From Raillietiella orientalis (Eukaryota), in the NCBI GenBank assembly GCA_036172245.1, contig JAYWIR010000039.1, positions 1,364,001 to 1,428,000 of the forward strand: a stretch of 64,000 nt of DNA. The letters run 5' to 3'. Shown here one piece after another: positions 59,440-64,000 of the stretch. The translations under genes and the position numbers were made by a program. The notes under the pieces were generated by a model, which saw only the letters and a list, made by a program, of their open reading frames with translations, made no database searches and was not told the origin of the DNA. The number at the start of each line of letters is the position of its first letter. Within the stretch, counting starts at the first letter, position 1.

Positions 59440-59880
59440 CGCCCCTCCCTTCGGAGGGCAGAGGTCTTCCAGAGGACTGGTGGCGCCTCCTGCGGTCACC
59501 GGAATTCCTAGTTGTCACGCCAACGACCAGCAGGCTGAGGGTCCGTGCCGGGACAAAGCTGCGGTAAGAGGACTTCGGATTAACCGGGCAATGACCCTCG
59601 GCATACACCGGCGGCTCCGTGCTACCCCCTCCTCAGGCGGTCGTAAGACGGCACCGTTGCTCTCGCTCGGGGTTTTCAAGGATGGACCCGCCCACAGGAG
59701 GTCCTGGTCCTTGACTGGTTCGCATTTTCGGACACCTCTTCTCTGGGAGATCCTCTCCGGTCCAACTGGTCGCCGGCCTGCGAGCAGGTGATGCTCCTCC
59801 TGAGACCACCAGGTCCGCGTGGACTTACCGTTCGTGTCCTAGCTCAGTAAGCGCCCCCCGGCGTGGCTGGATGGTGGTCC
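59440..59880 (+). mobile_element. Highly diverged R1 3' fragment
   Basis: Terminus-like TAAGCGCCCCCCGGCGTGGCTGGATG (cf. AAACGCCCCGGCGTGACTGGATG). Upstream are GCCGGCCTGCG and GRGLPEDW / RKTAPLLSLG remnants. Confidence 0.45.
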
Positions 59881-61569
59881 CCTTGCCCGTGGAAATTCCG
59901 ATCGCCTCCGACGAGCAGCCCAGTTTGGCGACGAGAGCGAGAATTTGCGCGATTTCTGCTCCACTATCACCGGTGGCTCCTCACCTCTTCTCGCGCTCAG
60001 CTTCCCAAACGAAAGTTCGGACAAGAACGGCTTCAACCTCTCCCCCCCCCCCCCCTCTCCCCGCCCTCCCTTCTCCGTTGGCCCGTCAGCTGATTGCCGC
60101 TCTCCGCTCAGGGGCACGTCAGTAAGAATCGCTCCCATGGTGATGGATTGTGTCGCACGCACACGTGTCAGGAGGCTCGTTGCCATTGGCGGCTCCTCTA
60201 TCCGGAGTCTGTAATCGAAAAGTCAAAAACCCACTCAGCATAAAGTTTCAACTCGATCGTGGAAATTTATTTTTAGAAATTCGTTGGCCCATTGTCATCG
60301 GTTAATTATATCCGACCAACTTCTGGATGCAGGAGTGGGAAAACAGCACACGGAGCAACAGATTCCATCTCCAAGATCTGGTGCCTCCGAACGAAGGAGC
60401 CTCACAGCAGTAGCAGTAATGGTAGCAACGCCTGATAAACACTAATTCTTACGAAATGCAAACAGGAAATTAGTGAAGTAGGAAACGTCTGCTACCATTC
60501 GTCCTGTACCAAGGAACGGAAGGGCAAAAAAGCCAAGAGGAAAAAAAAGGAAAAAAAATTGCATGGTAATTAACATAAAGAAAGGATCGTGGAACGCAGG
60601 AAAGCAGTTATGGAATCGTAGATTGCGTGCAAGACCGCGATACATCACGGAGAGTAATTTATAAATGTAACCCGTCCATCACAGGTACACAAATGTAATA
60701 CATAATCTCACAGAATTCATAATCTAGCTGCGATCATCTGCATCGAGAATGGGAAGCGAGGATCATGGAGCGTAACGGATCGCTGGGAGCTTAAGCCGCT
60801 TCCAAGAAGGCACAAAAACTAACCTGTAATTGCACTCCGCCGGTTTGCTGGCTGGGAATGGTTCAGCTTCTTAGAGGAAATTAACGCCGGGTGTGCTTCA
60901 GAGGACAGAAGACGGGAGGGGCACGCACGTTCGGGGAACGGAAGGAGAGCTCCGGTGTCCAATGCACTACCGCTGCACCTGGGAAGGAAGAGAGGTACAA
61001 ACAGGGGAATCGTTCCAGTGGTACCTCAGTGGATAAAACGGGAATCCTCCGGTTCAGAATGGAATCTCCAATGGAGACCCGCGGCCATCACCTCCCGGCA
61101 CGCAGGGTCACTTCGAAATCAGTAAGCAAAGTGCACCAAGGGTTCATACCTCTGCCAGCCCACGAGGCGGAAGGATCTGAATCGAACCGGCCGGTATGAC
61201 TCCCGAGGGCCTGGGGTCAGGCCGGAACCAAAGGAGATAAACTGCGGCGCCGTTTCCGGTCACGAACCAGTCTAACCACGACCTTTCGGAGCCTCCCATT
61301 CGCTCCATCTCCTGGGGTCGCCCACTGCACCTCGCAGCAGCTGACCTCCGCATCCTTATTCTCTTCTTCCTCCTTCCTCTTCCTCCTTCCCTCGCATCCT
61401 GACGTTGCACGTGCAAGTGTCAGGGAGAATGTGGTCAGCGAAGTGGGCACGAAGAGGAAGACGGTTCTTCTGAGAGTCATTGGGAAGCTGAAGCTCCCCT
61501 GCGGCGGCCATCATGTGAGAATCCGCGTGCGGAAAGCCTAACGCCGCCACCATTTCTCGCCCTGAGGCG

Positions 61570-62035
61570 CGTTGGCTACCCCAGTTTCTAGGGAGGAAGG
61601 TCCTTCTGCACCACCAGCCAGGTTGCGCCGCACGACCAGCCACGTCGATTGTGGTGGCTTGGAGTGGATCCGACGAAGTAGAAGATGCAAACGACAGGGA
61701 TGTCATGGAGTATGCAGCTCGCTTCCTGCGAAAAGCAACCCGATGGCCCCACCTGGGAAACACGCAGAAGGACCTCGTCGGCATCCTGCAAAGGGTGGAA
61801 CCTTCACCAAGCGGACACTGATCCCTTCTCGACCCTCCAAAGAACTATGGTTTTTTCAGTTTTCTTTTATTTTTCTTTTTGTTTTTTCCCCATCCCCCTC
61901 CGCTGCCGTGGAGAGTCAAGTCGGTCTGCGCACCGGCGACCCGGCAGGCCCATTGTTTTATTGGCCGCAGCGGGACCTTGTGCTGCAAATACCGAAGGTT
62001 TTTTAGTAAACGCCCCAGCTTGACCAGGTGATAAC
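61570..62035 (+). mobile_element. R1 3' part with intact terminus
   Basis: SIVVAWSGSDEVEDANDRDVMEYAARFLRKATRWPHLGNTQKDLVGILQRV, then a T-tract, GGTCTGCGCACCGGCGACCCGGCAGG and GTAAACGCCCCAGCTTGACCAGGTGATAAC. Confidence 0.9.
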
Positions 62036-62199
62036 GTCGATCCGCCCTCGCGGATCCCGAGCTACGTCCCGAGGAACAGCAACCACGGCCTTTCCCGTTG
62101 CTCAGCCCCCGCGATCCAGCCGGATCACCTCCTTACCCCCAGGTGACCATGGCGACGTGACCTGGGAAGCCGTCTCGCGCTGTCCGGTGCCTCCTTGAG

Positions 62200-62960
62200 C
62201 AAGGCCAGGCGACCAGGAGAGCGCGGGGAGCTTCCACAAGGCGCGACAAGCAAAAGCGCCCCGAGGATTCAGCGCCCTCCGCGCCCTCAGGGACGGTTGC
62301 CGCACCTCCGCGGCCGGTAACGCCAGCGTGCAGGCTGGACGCAGCCGTCGGCAGCGACAGGTCGGACGGCGCGGGGATGGTGCGTTCCAGCGCGTGCTGC
62401 ACGGAGGCTTCTCCTCGAGTCGCTGTGGTGGCGGCGGCTCCCCGCGCGAGGCGAAGTACAGGAAGAGAGCGCGCGCCCGGGGAGAGCTGGCGGGCTTTCT
62501 CCTCCGCTGCAGGGGCGTCTTGAGCAAGCCAAGAAGCGTGGGAAAGCAGCAAGAAGACGGGATGGAGCGAGTCCATCCAGCACTCCCTCGCTTCGGCTCC
62601 TCCAATGCCGGAGGATTGCTCCCCGAAACTCTGCCGAGGCCATCCAGCAGGAGCTCGGCGCCAAGGGACAAAGCGCGCCGTGAATTCGATTATCGCCGAG
62701 CCAGGGGATGAGAATGCGCTCTTCCGAGTGCAGGGACCGTCGATCCCGGCCGCCTCTCGTGGGCTTCCAGCTCAAGTTGCACTCCCGGAGACGAGCCAGG
62801 GGGTTCCTCCGAAGGGGAGAGGAAGCGACGATCGTCTGCAGCTGCAGCCTTGCACCGCCCATCCTCCCGCCAGCCGGAAATCCGAACGCGCCGTGAGAAA
62901 CCGCGCCGCATCTTTTGCCGGGAGAGTTCCCTCACCGCCGCGAGGGGGCAGCACGTGCGG
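62200..62960 (-). pseudogene. Possible NACHT remnant
   Basis: PLARLRE...ILIPWLGDN / AELLLDGLGRV (Walker B-like LLLDGL), then ALFLYFASRG (sensor-1-like). Very decayed and GC-rich. Confidence 0.3.
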
Positions 62961-64000
62961 CGCCTTCAAGTGGGGCTGGCGCTGAGGCGGCAAAGAGGAG
63001 GAGGTTTATAATCCGAGGCTGAGCGGATGTCCGATCTGCCCTGTGCGGCGTAACCTGCGGCGTCTGCGGGGCCGCGGTCCGTCCGGTGCTTCCAGTGTAC
63101 ATCCGGGGGGAAACACTGGGCGTATTCGAGCGCAGCTTCTTAGAATCCCAGGGGACCCACTTGGACCTTACCGCCCGTCAGAGATGCCCTGAGACGGGAG
63201 GCGGAGCTGCTGGAGCGGGCATCGCTCTAGACGCGGAAACGAAAAGGAGAGCAGTGGCCTTCGGTTTGGCGGCATCTGGCGGGACTGCGTCCTTCTCGAC
63301 CTGCCTACGGGAGCGTCTCGTGAGGTCGTCACTCGAGGTCTTCGCGCCCTTCGACTCACTCTCGGACCGAGGCTGCAGTTCCCGAGAGTTCCTTCCATCA
63401 GCTAGCGGTGCTTCCGGGGTGTACCCCGGCTTCCGGTGTACATAGGCTAGCGGCTGTTCCAGCGCACAGCCTCTTCCCCAGGGTCCCCCCGCCCCTCTCC
63501 CAGCATTCCCTCGTTAAGGGATCTGCGGCGCGTCCTATGGGAAGGTCTGCCTTCCTCTGCTCCTCCCGTGAGCTTCGAGGGCCACGAGAAGCTGCCGGAG
63601 AAAGAGACGAGGGTGGATGGGGTGACGCGCGCCTTGCTAACTTTTCGTTGCGTCCCCTCTGAGGAGGAGGAGGAGGAAAGGTCAAAATTGGTTTTAGACG
63701 AGATCCCTCCCAGTGGAGATCCATGTAGCTCCCTAGCGATGGAGCAGGTGGAAGGAAAAAGAAAAAAGAAGGGAGGCATCCAGTTTTGCACCCACCCACC
63801 CTTTTTTTTTCTCGGTTGCCTCTTGGGATCGACTCCCAGTCTCCACACTCCCTGGCAGCCGTGAGACCTGAAAAATCAGCTTCCCTAATCTTCTCAATGG
63901 TTGACAGATTCCATGTAGCGCTTGGAAGCTGGCCTGCATCCCAGAGTTCTGTCGGACCGAAAACCCACGCTGGATCTGCAAGGCAAAAGCAGATGACAGA

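Noticed and set aside
1..64000. CRISPR arrays, rRNA genes, operons or prokaryotic defence systems
   Set aside because: No regularly spaced repeats, rRNA signatures or dense intact ORFs were seen. The sequence is metazoan intergenic and pseudogenic DNA.

Overview
This is eukaryotic, metazoan DNA, not prokaryotic: it contains a Notch-ligand DSL domain, long homopolymer runs and microsatellites, splice-like signals, and no operon-like intact ORFs. It is GC-rich overall with a few AT-rich islands. I found no intact, confidently assignable protein-coding gene; nearly all long ORFs in the track are GC-rich or antisense artefacts. The window is a patchwork of three things. (1) At least a dozen fragments of one unclassified dispersed repeat, which I call family R1. 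Overlapping copies reconstruct a roughly 1.7 kb unit: a tRNA-derived A/B-box head, a structured leader, one ORF of about 400 aa that is conserved at protein level between divergent copies and has no RT, transposase or endonuclease motif I can recognise, a T-rich tract, covarying 3' stem-loops, an AATAAA-like signal, and a fixed terminus TGACCRGGTGWYAAC with no poly(A). In two places a 5'-truncated copy sits antisense inside another copy. (2) Decayed gene remnants: an intronless Delta/Serrate-like pseudogene (the clearest), the 3' end of an R2/NeSL-type restriction-like-endonuclease retrotransposon, and several motif-level CARD, NACHT, LRR, NF-X1-type and caspase-like relics that suggest a graveyard of innate-immune genes. 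(3) Local oddities: perfect hairpins, short identical patches between diverged loci, and an RFX X-box beside an AT-rich island. All domain calls and identity estimates were made by eye and need HMM/BLAST confirmation.
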